From: Auanema rhodensis
Lineage: Eukaryota; Animalia; Nematoda
Direction of reading: 5' to 3'
Assembly (NCBI GenBank): GCA_964057225.1
Contig: OZ059896.1
Coordinates: 16,368,001 to 16,432,000 of the forward strand
Length of the DNA stretch: 64,000 nt
The notes under the pieces were generated by a model that searched no databases, was not told the origin of the DNA, and saw only the letters and a list, made by a program, of their open reading frames with translations. Shown one piece after another: positions 1-13,500 of this stretch (within the stretch, counting starts at the first letter, position 1; each line of letters begins with the position of its first letter). The position numbers and the translations under genes are program-made.

Positions 1-71
1 ATGATTTATGTGATTTTGAAGAAAACTGTTGAATGCAACCATTCACAATAAAAACATTTTTGAAATAAAAC

Positions 72-149
72 TAATTATTTACAACTATTGACGTTCACGT
101 GAAATAAAAAGTACGTTTTTCACGTGACTGAACTACATCGCCTCACGTT
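72..149. promoter_or_regulatory. inx-6 proximal promoter motif cluster (TAATTA, two FoxA/FoxO-type TRTTKRY, two TCACGTGA E-boxes)
   Basis: TAATTA 72-77, TATTTAC 76-82, TATTGAC 86-92, TCACGTGA 95-102 and 120-127, TCACGTT 143-149; all within 180 bp upstream of ATG 252. Probable trans-splice acceptor TTTGCAG ends at 226. Confidence 0.4.
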
Positions 150-251
150 TGTTTTTCGTTTTGTTGTCTTTTACTAATTCAAGCTTGAAATTAAATTTCC
201 ATTTACATCATTTTACTTTTTTGCAGTAGGGTCAATTGAAACTGTCTGACC

Positions 252-1171
252 ATGAGTTCACAAATCGGAGCTATTAACTCTGTGAACTCATTGATTTCAA
301 AGGTTTTTCAGCAACCGAAAGGAGATTTAGTAAGTTGGATTTGAAGTTTTAATGTAAAATACAAGTAAAGTACAGAAGAATGAAAAAGAAAGAAAATAAC
401 TTAAATACACTCCGTTTGCCCGCTTACCGTACTTTGCTAAATCGCAACCTTTTACCAGGCTAATACTATGCTTCGTGCGAAATAATTTATTTAAAAAACT
501 GCTGAGAAGAAGATGAAAAAGAAAGAAGTTTATCGTACTCTTAGCTTTATTCTTTCTCTCTTTTTCCCTCCCTCTTACACACATGCATTCCCTCTCCCAT
601 CCCTCATTTCATTTTCTACGTTTTTGTAGTGCAATTAGTGATACAACCGTTTGTTTCTCTCTGAAAACCTATAGCATATGTCTGTTACTGTCATGCTCCC
701 ACGTCTTCGTCGGTTATTCTATAATTGCCTAACTCTCTCCTCATTCAGTATTATCTAACATCAACATTCAACTAGTGCACAAATGTATTGTTAAAGAGCA
801 AGTTGTGAAGAGAGTTGTAGAAATAGCGAGAAGAGATAGAAGAACATCGTCAAACAATCTGAGAAGAAACAAGATAAGTTGGATTGTCTCATTGGAAGAA
901 GAAGGGTAACAACAAGGCGACGAAGAAAATGGAAGAGGGCAAATCTTAGGAAGATGCGACTATCTGTTCAGCACGGAGAATATAACGCTAACAGCATGAG
1001 TTCAAGTAATTTTTTCACAGAAAGAAAAACTCAAAGAGCATGTAATAGCTAGGGATTGTGATAATAAAGAGGAGTAATGAGTGAATAGTGGGAAAGGTTC
1101 AAATGATTTCAACAACAATAGATATAGAGAGTGAAAAAAAAAGAGAGCGAGAGATAGAGAGGTAGAGAGAG

Positions 1172-1222
<51 letters not shown>

Positions 1223-2426
1223 AAGAAATATAGTCTTAAAAAAAGCAGGAAGAGAACAAGATAAAGATAAAGACTTAGATAAAGATGAAAAAGTTACAAT
1301 TGCTCTCAAGCATGTACGGAACCGGAAAGAAGAGCTCCTAACAAACGCACCATCATACAATCAAATATTGCACTTCTTATTTAGATAGCATAAACTTAAG
1401 ATCTAAAACGATGTATACGATATAGATAGATATATAGATATATCAAATATATAGATATATATAAATGTTTTGCCTGTCTGAAGCAATAATTGTTGAAAAG
1501 CAGTATAAATAGAAATGAGCGAATCAAATTCGACCAGCCTCCCGAAGGCCAACAAATAGTAGCTAATAGCCCTTTCTATATGCAATATAAATTTCATAAA
1601 AATCATTTTTTTCAACAGAGAAAAGAAGTATTTTTTCATATAATTTGTTGAAAATAAATAAATTGATAGATAAAATAGTAATGTTTCTTTACAATATCTT
1701 TTTTCAGGCGGACAGACTAAATTCACGAATCACAGTATGTCTACTCTCGCTTTCAGCTGTGTTACTCCTTTCTGGTCATTTTATGGGCGATCCCATTACA
1801 TGCTGGACACCAGCTCAATTCACTAAGCAATGGTAAGAATATCATTTGAAAAACAGCCGGAAACATTATCAACGATGTTATGTCTTTAGGTCAGACTTTG
1901 TGAATCAGTACTGCTATGTGCATGGAACGTATTTCGTTCCGTTAGATCAAGAATTATCGTTTGATGAGACAGAACGCAAAAAAATTCCTGTAACATATTA
2001 TCAATGGGTATGTCATCTATATGAGCAGTTTTCTGCAAATTTATAGCATTTTCATTGTTTTTTCTTCCCTGTGTAAGTGTGTGAATGACGAACTTCGAAC
2101 TGTCAAAATGATATTGAATAGAAGCAACAACAAAAAAGAGAAAAATGAAAATAAAATGTTGTTTATAGGTTCCCTATATTCTGGCACTTCAAGCATTTCT
2201 CTTCTATATACCTAGATTTATATGGAAAACAATGATTAGTATTAGTGGTAAGTGGGCTGAAAATAGTTTTTTTTTCCCTTTCTATTACGTTAAATTTTAA
2301 AACATATAATAAATTAGAGAATAAAGCATAAAATAGAATTTTAGGGAGAACGAGAGAGATACTTAGAGAGGGATCTAACAAGTTTAAAAAAATAAGAGAA
2401 TACGATGAAAGGAGAATTCAAGACCG

Positions 2427-2479
<53 letters not shown>

Positions 2480-2506
2480 TATATATATATATAGATAGAT
2501 AAAGAA

Positions 2507-2555
<49 letters not shown>

Positions 2556-4080
2556 GAGAGAGAGAGAGAGAGAAAGATAAAGAGAGAATAAACATAAGAG
2601 GAATATAGATAAACGTATTTTACAAATGCTAAAGAAAAATTTATTCAAGGCTATGATTTGGCTGGAGCAATCAGGTATGTAGATGGATTCTGGGGCTCAA
2701 TTAAGAACAACCACGACTCTTTTAAATGTAAGAAAGAGGGAAGATAATTCTGCATATTTTTAGCTTTTTTTATTCTTTTTCAAACAATATTTTAAAATTT
2801 CAGCGCGTATTGCTCTTTTCGAAGGACGTGCTTCCATTTATATTTGGGATGGATTGAAGTTGGCACGCAAGAAAAATAGTGAAGATATGGCACTTTATTA
2901 CATTATCTCAACAGTTTTACAAACCTTAAATGCTTGGATACAAGTATAATAAATAATAATATATAATAATTAAAAATAATATAACTTTAGTGGATCTGGC
3001 TGAATAGTTTACTGAATTCTCCCCTCTATTCTTTTTGGGGTCCTTCAATAGTGGGAGATCTTATTGCTGGCGAAGATTGGCAAGTAAGTTTGAAGACCAA
3101 ATCATTCTTTTTATTTTTTTAAGTAAACAAATATAATATTTTGAAGTTGAAATATATAAAAATAGAGTATGAAGTCATTTATCTGCAAAAGAAAAGTTGA
3201 AAACATACATATATGATATGATGCGGATATGGTCATTGTGCTTGAAATATTTAAAAAATAAAATCGACATAACATACACATTAACACAGATTAATGGAGT
3301 TTTAACAATAAATTAATAAAATATTATAATATACATAACTAAACCGAATACTTTATATACTATATAATAAGCCAAAAATACTAAAAATCCAGCTTATTTA
3401 GGTAACTGGCCATTTTCCCAGAATAACTCATTGTGACTTCAACCGACGTCGGCCAGCAAGTGTTCAGGTACTGAAGATGAATTCACTGAAAATATTTTTT
3501 ACTTTTTCTTTTTTTTTCCCGAAAAAACATATTCTCATTCAGACGGATACTGTATTGTGTGTGCTTGGTCTAAACATTTACTACGAAAAATTGTTTATTT
3601 TCCTTTGGTTTTGGTTTTTGTTTGTAGCCATCATCTCCACATCTAACTGTCTTTACTGGATCATGTCACTCTGTAATACAAGAAAAGTGATTTCTCTCTC
3701 TTCTTTTCTCACTTTTTCAACAATTTCCTACATTACAGATGAGAGCAACAGTGGACAATTATCTTTTCTCAAAAGAAATTAAAAGCAAAATTTCTCGAGA
3801 GCATTTCTATAAGGCTCTTGGTAAAGATGGTCTTTTCATTTTACACCAAATGACATTAAATTTAGGAGATATTCCAACTAGGTATGTAATGATTATACAT
3901 TCCACTAAAAATTAAAGAAAAATAGCGTTTTTCTACTTAAAAAGCAAAAAAGTTCATTTCAAATGTTTAATTTATTTTAGTTATTTGGCAATCGCTATGA
4001 GAAACACCGCTCCGGAAGTATTGGAAGAAACGGCAGACTCCGAGAAATATCCATTAGTTCATACATCCGAAAAAGTCTGA
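252..4080 (+). CDS. inx-6: Innexin (gap-junction protein), INX-6 orthologue; ~11 exons
   Basis: Spliced translation MSSQIGAINSVNSLISKVFQQPKGDL|ADRLNSRITV...GDPITCWTPAQF...YCYVHGTYFVP...YYQWVPY...TGHFPRITHCDFNRRRPASVQ|TDTVLCVLGLNIYYEKLFIFLWFW...LGDIP closely follows C. elegans INX-6 as I recall it. Approximate exons: 252-329, 1708-1832, 1890-2007, 2169-2247, 2650-2727, 2803-2943, 2991-3083, 3402-3467, 3543-3687, 3740-3881, 3981-4080 (TGA). Confidence 0.95.
1141..1222. repeat. (AG)n microsatellite in inx-6 intron 1
   Basis: Direct reading of GAGAGA tract. Confidence 0.95.
2430..2575. repeat. Compound (TA)n + (AG)n microsatellite in inx-6 intron 4
   Basis: Direct reading. Confidence 0.95.
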
Positions 4081-4202
4081 TAGTTTTGTTTTGAATAGAT
4101 TTTTTGACTTACTCTGTTTGATAAGTCTAGTTTTTGTTATTTTCTAGATTTCCGATAGAAATGTTTCATATCCTCCATCTCCTCCCCTTCACTAAACTTC
4201 TC

Positions 4203-4203
4203 C

Positions 4204-4240
<37 letters not shown>

Positions 4241-4255
4241 TTTATCTCTCTCTTT
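4203..4255. repeat. (CT)n(CA)n microsatellite in inx-6 3' region
   Basis: Direct reading. Confidence 0.9.
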
Positions 4256-4559
4256 CTTTGTTCATGCATATCAATGATATTGTCTCAGTTGTTTCTAATA
4301 CTGAAGATTCTTTTTTCTTCAAAGATAATCATATCTTTCTCAAGTTCACTTGAACAATCATGATAACATCACTTTATTGTTTTCGTTTCTCAAAATTAGA
4401 CAAAAATGTATACATATACGTCTGTTCTTCTCATACTTTGAAGAAGACCCCAACAATGGACGACGACGCAAATCATTAAATGTCATATCATTTATAATTT
4501 TTCTATTTTTTCATTAAAAAACTGAAACATAAGAAGCACATAAGTACGGCTTTTGCTGC

Positions 4560-5060
4560 AACAACAAAAATTTGAAGCAAATGTACTAGATATAGCACAT
4601 GGAATGAACATTTTGCAAAAGTATCAGCAAACGATAAAGGCAATACGAGACGATATAATGAATATTTCATTGTATTAGCAACAATAAAACTTTCTCTTGT
4701 GACATTTATCTCATAGAATGTCATGTCAATTTCATACTGTTCCAAGTTCTATGCTATTGTCAGCAAAATGTGTTTGGTCTAGAAATTTTCCGAATGGCTA
4801 AACTTCAGGAGGTCAAATCACAAAGCACGATGTCCGACTTTCATTCATGGTAAGAAAAGATGGTGAGTAGGTAAGTAGCCTCGGGCCATGTGAAAACAGT
4901 AGCCTCAAACATTCTGAGAAAGAATAGAAGGTGACAATGAAATCTCAAAACTTGTACAAGAAGAGAACCTAACGGCTAGTATACGGGCTTGAGTACGTCG
5001 CCCTACAAGTTCAGAAGCGGTTCAATTGCCTGATGTTTCGGAACGGCATACCCATGTGTA
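4560..5060 (+). mobile_element. Highly decayed 3' fragment of a non-LTR (RTE-like) retrotransposon
   Basis: Broken translation ..ILFQVLCYC.. then SR*VASGHVK....RREPNG*YT resembles the RRLxWxGHVxR...RxRGRPxxxW C-terminus of RTE ORF2; many stops. Confidence 0.3.
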
Positions 5061-5499
5061 ATTGCAAGAATCTGGTTTTCTTTAAGATTTAACCGGATTT
5101 ATTCAAAAACTTGACGCTTATAAACATACATGTACACGTAACTTGAACTAATATTTATATTTATTTATATGTTCTTTGGACACAGGTCAATGTTTAAATC
5201 ACATGTAGAAAAAGATTGTCCGTGAGGGTCACAAAACGAATGATGATAATCACAATTCTAATGCTAATGCCGATGTTTTTGGCTGATGGATGATGTCATC
5301 TGATTCATTAACATGTTCATCTTTGTTAATTCTTTCTTCCCATTCTCACGCTTCAATCCTCTCACTATCTTTTATTCAATTTCTTCATCTTTTATAGGAA
5401 CAGTCAATTCTCTCTTTATCTTTCTGATTTAACTATTAGATTTTTGTCCCTCATCCTGTCTTATCTTCCACATTGAAATCAATCCTAAAGAACATATGA

Positions 5500-7050
5500 C
5501 GAATACAATCAGACAAGTAAAACAGTTGGAACACTGAGAATGAGTCGTTACCCTCATGAACAAGCTACCAGATGTATCCCTTTATGGACGTCAATTGTCC
5601 ATATCGCGGTCATCTCATACCATCAACATTGGACCTGGCTAGCGTGTACATCCGATGACCATGTATCGTCCTGGTAGTCTAGGTGGTTAGGATCTCCAGC
5701 AGTAGGCGGGATTTATATTCCTTTCTCTTTCCAAACTGTTTCACACCCTCGACGTCACCCTCGCTATCTCGTCTTCATAGCCCCATACTCATCTCAGTTA
5801 GATCTCAAACGCCTCTACAGAGCTTATTCATTAGATTTTATTCACTAAATCTCAGGATTTGTATTAATTTGAGAAAAAACTAAACGAGAGAATCTAGTAT
5901 CCAAATTCCGCCCGGACAATGCTGTTGTCCTTCTCTACTATTTTTATTTTAACTATATTTATATCTAAGTCTTCATCTCAAAGTTGTGATAAAGGTAATG
6001 ATTTTTACTAAAAAAGAATGAAAGTCCAAAACGTTAACAAAACACACATTTAAATTTGTAGCTAATGTTATCCGTATTTCATATGCTATTCAATAGTCAT
6101 ATAAGATAGGTTTAAACTAGTCTATTACTTGTTCGTCTACCTAAACCTATATTCTTCTAATTTTCTTTTATTTAAACTTATCTAGATAATATTGAAAATT
6201 GAAATATTAAGTTTTTACAATAAATAAATTTCAAGCAGTTTCTTTTTCATTTCTTTTTTTAGTTCCTGTAAACAACAACATTTAGTGAAGTAATTTTGTT
6301 TGTTTAAGTTACATAGAAAAACTAATATTGTTGTGGAATGAATAGTTTCTTCAATAGTCGATCGAATGACTTAAACATCTTAATCATCGGAAAGCTCAGA
6401 TCAACCTAGTTAGAGTCCGATTGTAAATCCGAATTCCTTTCCCTCGTACCTTTGACTATATGCCTGTTTTGCCTTATACAAGGATTCTCTTATATACTAG
6501 AATATCGAAAATGAAATGATACGGAACAGTATACAAGTAAAAGTGGATTGAACCTTGTTCAAATACCCAGTCCACCGTAGCATTATCAACAAAATTCAAA
6601 ACAATTTTCGGACATATCCTGAATCCGGCTGAGCGGAACTCATGAAATTAGCTGTGTCGTTGACCCACGATGTACAAACACAAATGTTTCATCCAGTCTA
6701 GTTTCATATCTCTGTTCTCCATTTTCGGCAACCAGCATCTACTAGCAATAGCAACAATCCGCATTAATCGGGAATCTTGTTCCTCTTGTCTTTCACACCA
6801 TGTTTTATCGTAATTCCTAATCATTTTCAATGATTTACATAGGCCTTTACATAAACTTGGACCACCGCAGATTCTAGTATACAGTCAGTAGGAATATTCG
6901 CAGAAAACCATTTACATATCCTTGAATTCTGGTACCTAAAAAAAGGAATTCTTTTTAATTCTCACACTTGATATGGAAGATGATGTTGCATTGACTAGCC
7001 ACTTATTAGAATTTTCAACAGACTTCTAACAAACTGGCTAGACTTGACTG
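5500..7050 (-). mobile_element. Decayed RTE-like LINE reverse transcriptase, interrupted by AT-rich DNA (~5950-6350)
   Basis: Minus strand at 6650-6810 gives (G-V)-RQEEQDSRLM...NRDMKLDWMKHLCLY, resembling GVRQGDxxSP...GIKIDGxxLxHL; the 5500-5900 part gives RLPGR, resembling the 3' RxxGRP motif. Confidence 0.4.
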
Positions 7051-7683
7051 GATCATCTGTCAATTCGTTTTACTTTTCAACCAAAGTAAGAACTACGAAA
7101 GAAATATATATTTTCCATTTGTCTGTACACGTGAGTATGTCGCAGTTTCTACTGTCCTCCCGCATTTGCATCCTCTTTCTCTTCCATTCTCCCTATCTCT
7201 TCTACTAGCCCATACTATAGTGAGTTCACCTTTCCTTTATTCATACAATGCAACTAACTCTGACCTTATAAGATCTAATTCTTTGACTTACTCTTTACTC
7301 TCAGTCAATCTCCCTTTATCTTTCAATTCTTATTAACTTCAAAGAATAGTTCTAAACAATCTTCCGAATAGGAATCTGAGAAAAACGTCCAAATTAGTTT
7401 AAGAAAGCGAAACTATTCATTCATTTCACATAGACAACTTCTTCAAAGTCCAAGAGAGCTCTTTTTTGATCAAAAAAAGCGATAAGAATAAAACAAGTTT
7501 TTGTTGAAAATTTTTATTGGATATTAGCCGTGGATTAAACTTTTGCTATGAATACAAGACCTCAATTTCGTTCCAGCCTTTGCCCGGCTACTTGTTCATA
7601 ATTCATAAATATAATCCAACAATTCATACCGTTAATATAATATCTAAAACAAAAACAGATCTTTATAATTTATGAGTCTTTAG

Positions 7684-10363
7684 AAATTCTGGAAGATGTC
7701 TGTCCACAACGAGAAGGGTTTGATGAGGATTGTGAACGACAGTGTCAAACTAAATATCCCATGAGAATATCAAGTGGATGTCATTTAAGAAATTCCGGTA
7801 TGTTTTACAAAAATTGTTTACTCTCTCTCTCTCTCTTAACTATTAAGAAAATTTGTTTTATTCTTATTTTCAGGGACATTACTTTCATTGTTTGGTATTC
7901 GATCGTATCAGTGTAAATGTCAATTACCTATCCATTTCTGTGTTTCATCTGTTGGACTTAACCCGTTCCGTCAATCATTTTCACTCGCTGCTATATCTAG
8001 TCATTCAAAGTTACAAAAAATTGCTACAGAGCATATACAGTGTGATTCGGTAAAGGCTATTCAATGAAGATGCATTCAATCTTAACATTAACCGTTTAGC
8101 GAAATAAACAGCTTCAATGTCCACAAAACTTTGGTTATGGACAATGTGATTGGATACGATCTGGAGGAGCTGATTGGTTTGAAGCCAGTGAAATTGGCCA
8201 TTCAATGCAGATGATGGAACATGAAAAACCTGGTAAATTTTTAGCTTTGTTATTTTAAACTTTTGAGTTTTTAGTCTCGAACTATCTGGTTGCTGTTGGC
8301 CGGCAAGGTGTTTCTTCTATCCTCCTCAGTACATGTGATGGTTTATGCTCTCAAGGAAGTGTAAATGTTACTCTACGAATGTGGAAATCCCCGTGGATTC
8401 AAGCTAATTTATGCTTTAAGTAAGTAATATTGCAACCTTTGAACTCAATTATTGAAACATATTCATAGAGAACGTGATAATCTGTTTTGTGCTCCCATGC
8501 AATCTGGTAACGGGCAATGGACAAATGAAACAATTCCTCGCACTGATAACTTCCAGGTACTGATATTCTTGCTCAATGGACTCAAAATTCATTATTTATT
8601 TTATAGATTTACTTCAAATTTACAAATGTAACCGAATCTGATGCTATTATGCTTGATGACATTAAAGCCGAATTCGTACATTGTGATGAAAACTCACTTG
8701 TTCACACTGGACCACTGTTGCCTGAAACGTCTGTAACTACATTCAGACCACGGATTGTTACCCCAATCATGACGACCGAAGAACATAGAGTATCAGGAGT
8801 ATCATTTAGAACTGGGGTAGGATTATCGGTTCCTTTATAATGCTAATCATTCTCAAATTCAGGTGGAGGATAATAACATTCACCGTGTTGTATCAGCAAG
8901 CACTCCAGAGACCGTTAATCCAATTCCAGGATTAAGATCTGATGATAGGATTCAGGAAAACATAGAGTCGTTGAAGAAACGATTGTGTCATTTTGGTAAA
9001 GCCTACAAAGGTTATACCATATTTTATATATTGTCTTCAGGTGAATGCACAACAATTACTCATCAACCCACTCATATAGTAGAAGCTGTACGGGATAGAA
9101 CTTGTGTAGGGCGAATAGGATTCATGAAATGCAAAGATAAATGTCGAGAACAATCAGGATTAAGGTAGTGTTCTCTTTTCGTAATTGCTTGCTAACCTTG
9201 GATACTATAGTGCTGGAGCCCGTTGTTTGAGGCAGAAAGAGTTTCCATTTACAAAAAGATGTATCTGCCAAGTACGAAGATCTCCATCGAAAGTTGTGAA
9301 AGAAAATACTTTCACTGAACATAATAGAATCGTAGAAGCTACCACGGAAGAGACAGCCACTTTAAGACCCGTCAGAGTGACACCAGCAGCTAAAACCTTT
9401 AAAGAATCTCCAGCACATCTACCAGTTCGGTAACTTACTCCCAGAATTTGATTTACTTATAGTATGCTTCTCTCATTTTTAGAAGCATCGAGCCCCAAAT
9501 TATTCAACCAATTTCAAGACCTGCATCCGAAAACACAATAAACATGATATGCGGACTTGACGGTGATAATACTGAATGTGATCAACACTGCAAGTTAGCA
9601 AACCCTGAAAGGTTTGAAAGAAATATTATATCCTTTGTATGCAATGAATTTCAGCTCTGGAACCTGCAGAATGGATGACGCACTTCCTAGCTGTGTATGC
9701 TCATCCTGCTTCAGTTCTTTATGCAACTTTGAGAAAAATGCTAATTGCGAGTATGTTGTTGTTTTGACATCAAAAATATTTTTTAATTCGCATCCATTAT
9801 AGATGGACAGACTTGCGACTCATCAGTACACAATTCAACAATATTAGTATAGCAGCTAAAAAAGACCAAAGTTAGCTTTAATTATTTGAACAGAACTTTT
9901 AATTTTCATTTAGTCAATCGTTATGGCCTTACCAGACTGCCGCCTTCATCTTATTCAGGATTGTTGAGACGAGGATCTGTTGAAGGTAATGATGCTATTC
10001 AGTAGAGATGGCCTCATGCTCGCAATTTTAGGTCCGATTCAATTATCTGTTGATGTCTATCCCTCTCACGAAATAGATGTTCGTATATGTGTCGATTCTT
10101 TCAACAAGTAATTTTTAATTGAATTCATAACGAAAATAAGAACAAAATATTTTAGATGCCAATCTCAAACCGTAGGACCAACTGCTTGGAACAGAATATC
10201 GGCAAAAATTAAAGTTGCTAAAACAGAAAAGGCAGTGTTATTTCTTCTTTATTTCTTTAATGATTGATTTTTCCAGATATTTTTGCTCTTTCATAACAAG
10301 CATGAAGATATATCTAAAACTATTGCCCTAGACAACATTTCTCTCCAGAATGGAAAATGCTGA
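7684..10363 (+). CDS. Extracellular protein with two MAM-like domains, three 6-Cys (C..CxxxC..C..CxC) repeats and Thr/Pro-rich linkers; 5' exon(s) not identified
   Basis: Chain of in-frame short-intron exons: ILEDVCPQREGFDEDCERQC...; GQCDWIRSGGADW...NYLVAV...VNVTLRMWKS...ANLCF...IMLDDIK (MAM1); CNFEKNANCxWTD...IQLSVDVY...VRICVD...WNRISAKI...IFLLFHN...IALDNISLQNGKC* (MAM2, TGA 10361-10363). Confidence 0.8.
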
Positions 10364-10532
10364 CAGAAGTAATTAATGAATCATCTGAAATATCATAGAA
10401 ATACGGGCTGGCCTACAATGACTCGGTAGTATGAGAACTGTACAATATCAGGAATTTTGACTATTTTATAATCCTTTAGATTTATTAAATAATTAAGATC
10501 ATTTTTTCAATTCACATATGTACACATCCACT

Positions 10533-13500
10533 CTATTTTGACATTTTTAATTCATCCACGCTTAGCATCATTTGATATTTGTAAATGTCAACCCGCAATG
10601 GGACCTAAAACAATCTTGTGTTATATGGAGTTCTCCTACCCAGTACTCACTATTCCGTCCTCAGGAACTATGAACGGTTTGTTGAACACAAACGTGGCTA
10701 CCTTCCGAGACCGACTAGAGTAATTCCCTGCGGTAAACCAGTATGCAATTCCATCAACTTCAACGTTAGACATTGATACAATCTGTGACAATCAAATGAA
10801 TAAAACTAAAAAAGTATATAAAAACCTCAACAACGGTTGTAACAGTCTCTGGTTCATTTTGCAAAAAAGGTAAAAAATCAAAATCGAACAGGGATGATTC
10901 CTCCGAATGAATAGTGTGTGGGAACGAATCTTAACGAAGTGGTGTTATTCATCAACCACTAGAACAAACAGAAACTGTTTTAAGCGATATGACTGTTTTT
11001 AATAGCTGAAGTCTCCCATTAAGAAAAAAAACGGAACAAGCTTATTGCTCAAAAACGAAAATGTTGGATTCAGAATGCAACCATTTTGTAACGTCAATAC
11101 TCTAACAAAGTATCCATTAAAAACTTTGATTAGTCAGTTGATATATTATTCATACTCGCTTATTGACACGACAAGCTGATTACTTCAATATTGGCAGCTA
11201 TGTTGTCATTTATTAGCCTTCTAATCGAGGCATTTACGTTGCCATCAACAATAATATATCGAATTATATGCTGAACCCATTTAGCCATGTATCGCTCATT
11301 TATAATTATCTGGCCAAATAATTCTCTATCTCACCTAATTTGATGTCTCGATATTCGAAAAGATTCCAACTCTCTAAATCTGACAAATCAACACCTAGAT
11401 GTGCTGAAGAATCAGGGCGACAGCGTTTAGCTAAACTGGGCGATGACAAAAGGTAACCACGGCAACATATCTTTTCTAAAAATGTCTTCTGATATAGCCT
11501 ATTTCTAAAACAAATCATCAATATAACCTGGAAATATTAAAGAAGGTCTCAATATTTCCCCCGTTATTGCATTTGCTATTCTCTCCAACAGCTTATCATT
11601 CAAACTACCATCCGCTCGAACAGGCCATGCGACAAGCATGTCACATGCCGATCCTGAAATTAACTGAGAGCTTTCATAGATTTAAGCTTAATTCACACCT
11701 GAATCAATTCTTCCATTCTTCGACTTGTACAGTATTGAGAGATCTTTAACGACTGGATGATAAGTTTCAGAATAAGAACCAGATCTGTTTGTGATACTGA
11801 TACAAATGGAGTACAAAGAACAATAGCTTACTCTAGAAATGGTAACGCAAACGGCATTTCAGCTGGTGTGTATACTACTTTCGAAAATCGGCCAGGCAAG
11901 TAAGTGATAATTTCCTGTGCAAGTTCAACATCGTTCATGAGTTCAATTGTATCTTGCTCGATAACTTCGGTACCACTGTGCTCAGCAAATTTCTCAAAAA
12001 ATCAAATCTATACAGTGCCAGCAACTGAATTCACACCGTTTCCGAGTTCCATATCGACATTCTATTATTTTGCAAAGACCATGATAATGACACTTGCATT
12101 CCTTTCACAACGTCGATCGGGGAAGATAAAAGATATATCCCTTGTTCCCAGAACGTTTCGTCCTTTGTTTCAAGAATGACGTCCTCACACAGCACAGCCC
12201 TATCATAAGATTGTGTTGATTGAAGATTTTTATAATTTAAGATTTAGAAACCTAAAATACGCTACGACTATGTTAGCAACACCACTGTCATTCGCTTCGA
12301 TTGTAACTTTACTTTCAACTCCTGCCATATATCTAAAACCAACAGAATAAAAACCTAACCATTCAATTATTAAGGTAACCTGGCCAAATCATCAATACTT
12401 TCTAAGTTAACTCCTACTACCGGTATAGGCTTGGAGAGTGGTCGAGCATCAGTTGAATGCGATAAGTAATGGCACCAATAAGGCTCATCTTCTTCTATAC
12501 AAGTAACCAATTATTATTTGCTAATTATGTGAATATTCCTACTATCAACTTTGGGATAGGTATAAGGAGAACGATATTCAGAATAATAATGCATCTTATA
12601 AATGTCATGACTCTCATACAAGGTGATGTACAGCTCGACCTGTAATTGTTTGCCTTCCGTCAACTTTACACCATTCTGCACAAACCGACGAAGGGATAAA
12701 TCTGCAATTCGGCTGCACTAAACGTTGATGAGCATCATAGAAAGTTCCTATCAAGCCTTCCCCAAACGCACAACAGTCCATTATTTCTGAGACAATAAGA
12801 GTAGCCTAAAAGGCAAAAGGGCATTATTTTAGAGAAGGAGATAAACCTTTTGATCATCTTCTGGAATGAATTTTTGTGAATTCATATTGATTAACGTTAT
12901 TTTCTTATTTTCTTCACCCATATTTGTTTTTACGATGTTTTTTGATACCTCATAGAGGTAATTGTTACCCTCGATACCAATCACTTTGGCAGATTTTCTG
13001 TAATTAATCAGTAAATTAAGCGAAAACATCCTATCAAAACTAGCTTCGCCGCTAATATTGATAAAAGCCCTGATCCGCTCCCAACATCTATAACAGTGTC
13101 ATTTTCAGTAACCAAACGATTTATAGCTTCAGCATAGGCAAGATTTCGTTTCTGAATTGAATATAAATTACTAAGCTCGCTTCGAAGTACTCTTACAGTG
13201 TCATTAATCATAACCATATGCCATCCCGGAAATAAGTTAGATCGCAAATTGCTTTCATAAACTCTAGCTGCAGCTTTTTCTAATTCTGTTGGTCGCAATT
13301 TTTCTAATACAGTTCTTATAATGGACAATGCTCCGTGTAAGTTGCCTAATTCAAGAAGGAAATGAAAGAGAAACTTTGTTTGTATACCTCTTAAATATTT
13401 ATATGAAGCTATTAGAAAATGTACTTCGCTACTTTGAGGATAAAGAGCTAAAACAGGTTCACTAATATTGTCAATATTTTTTAAGCTATAATAAAATCAA

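Noticed and set aside
953-1012. Second ATGAGTTCA in inx-6 intron 1 followed by a GT donor (alternative first exon?)
   Set aside because: It splices in phase 1, but exon 2 requires phase 0; the phase-0 frame has a stop.
1109-1360. Poly-SL/IY ORFs (also 2427-2648, 53773-53964, 54705-54929, 55837-56025, 56904-57173)
   Set aside because: Translations of CT/TA microsatellites; no coding signal.
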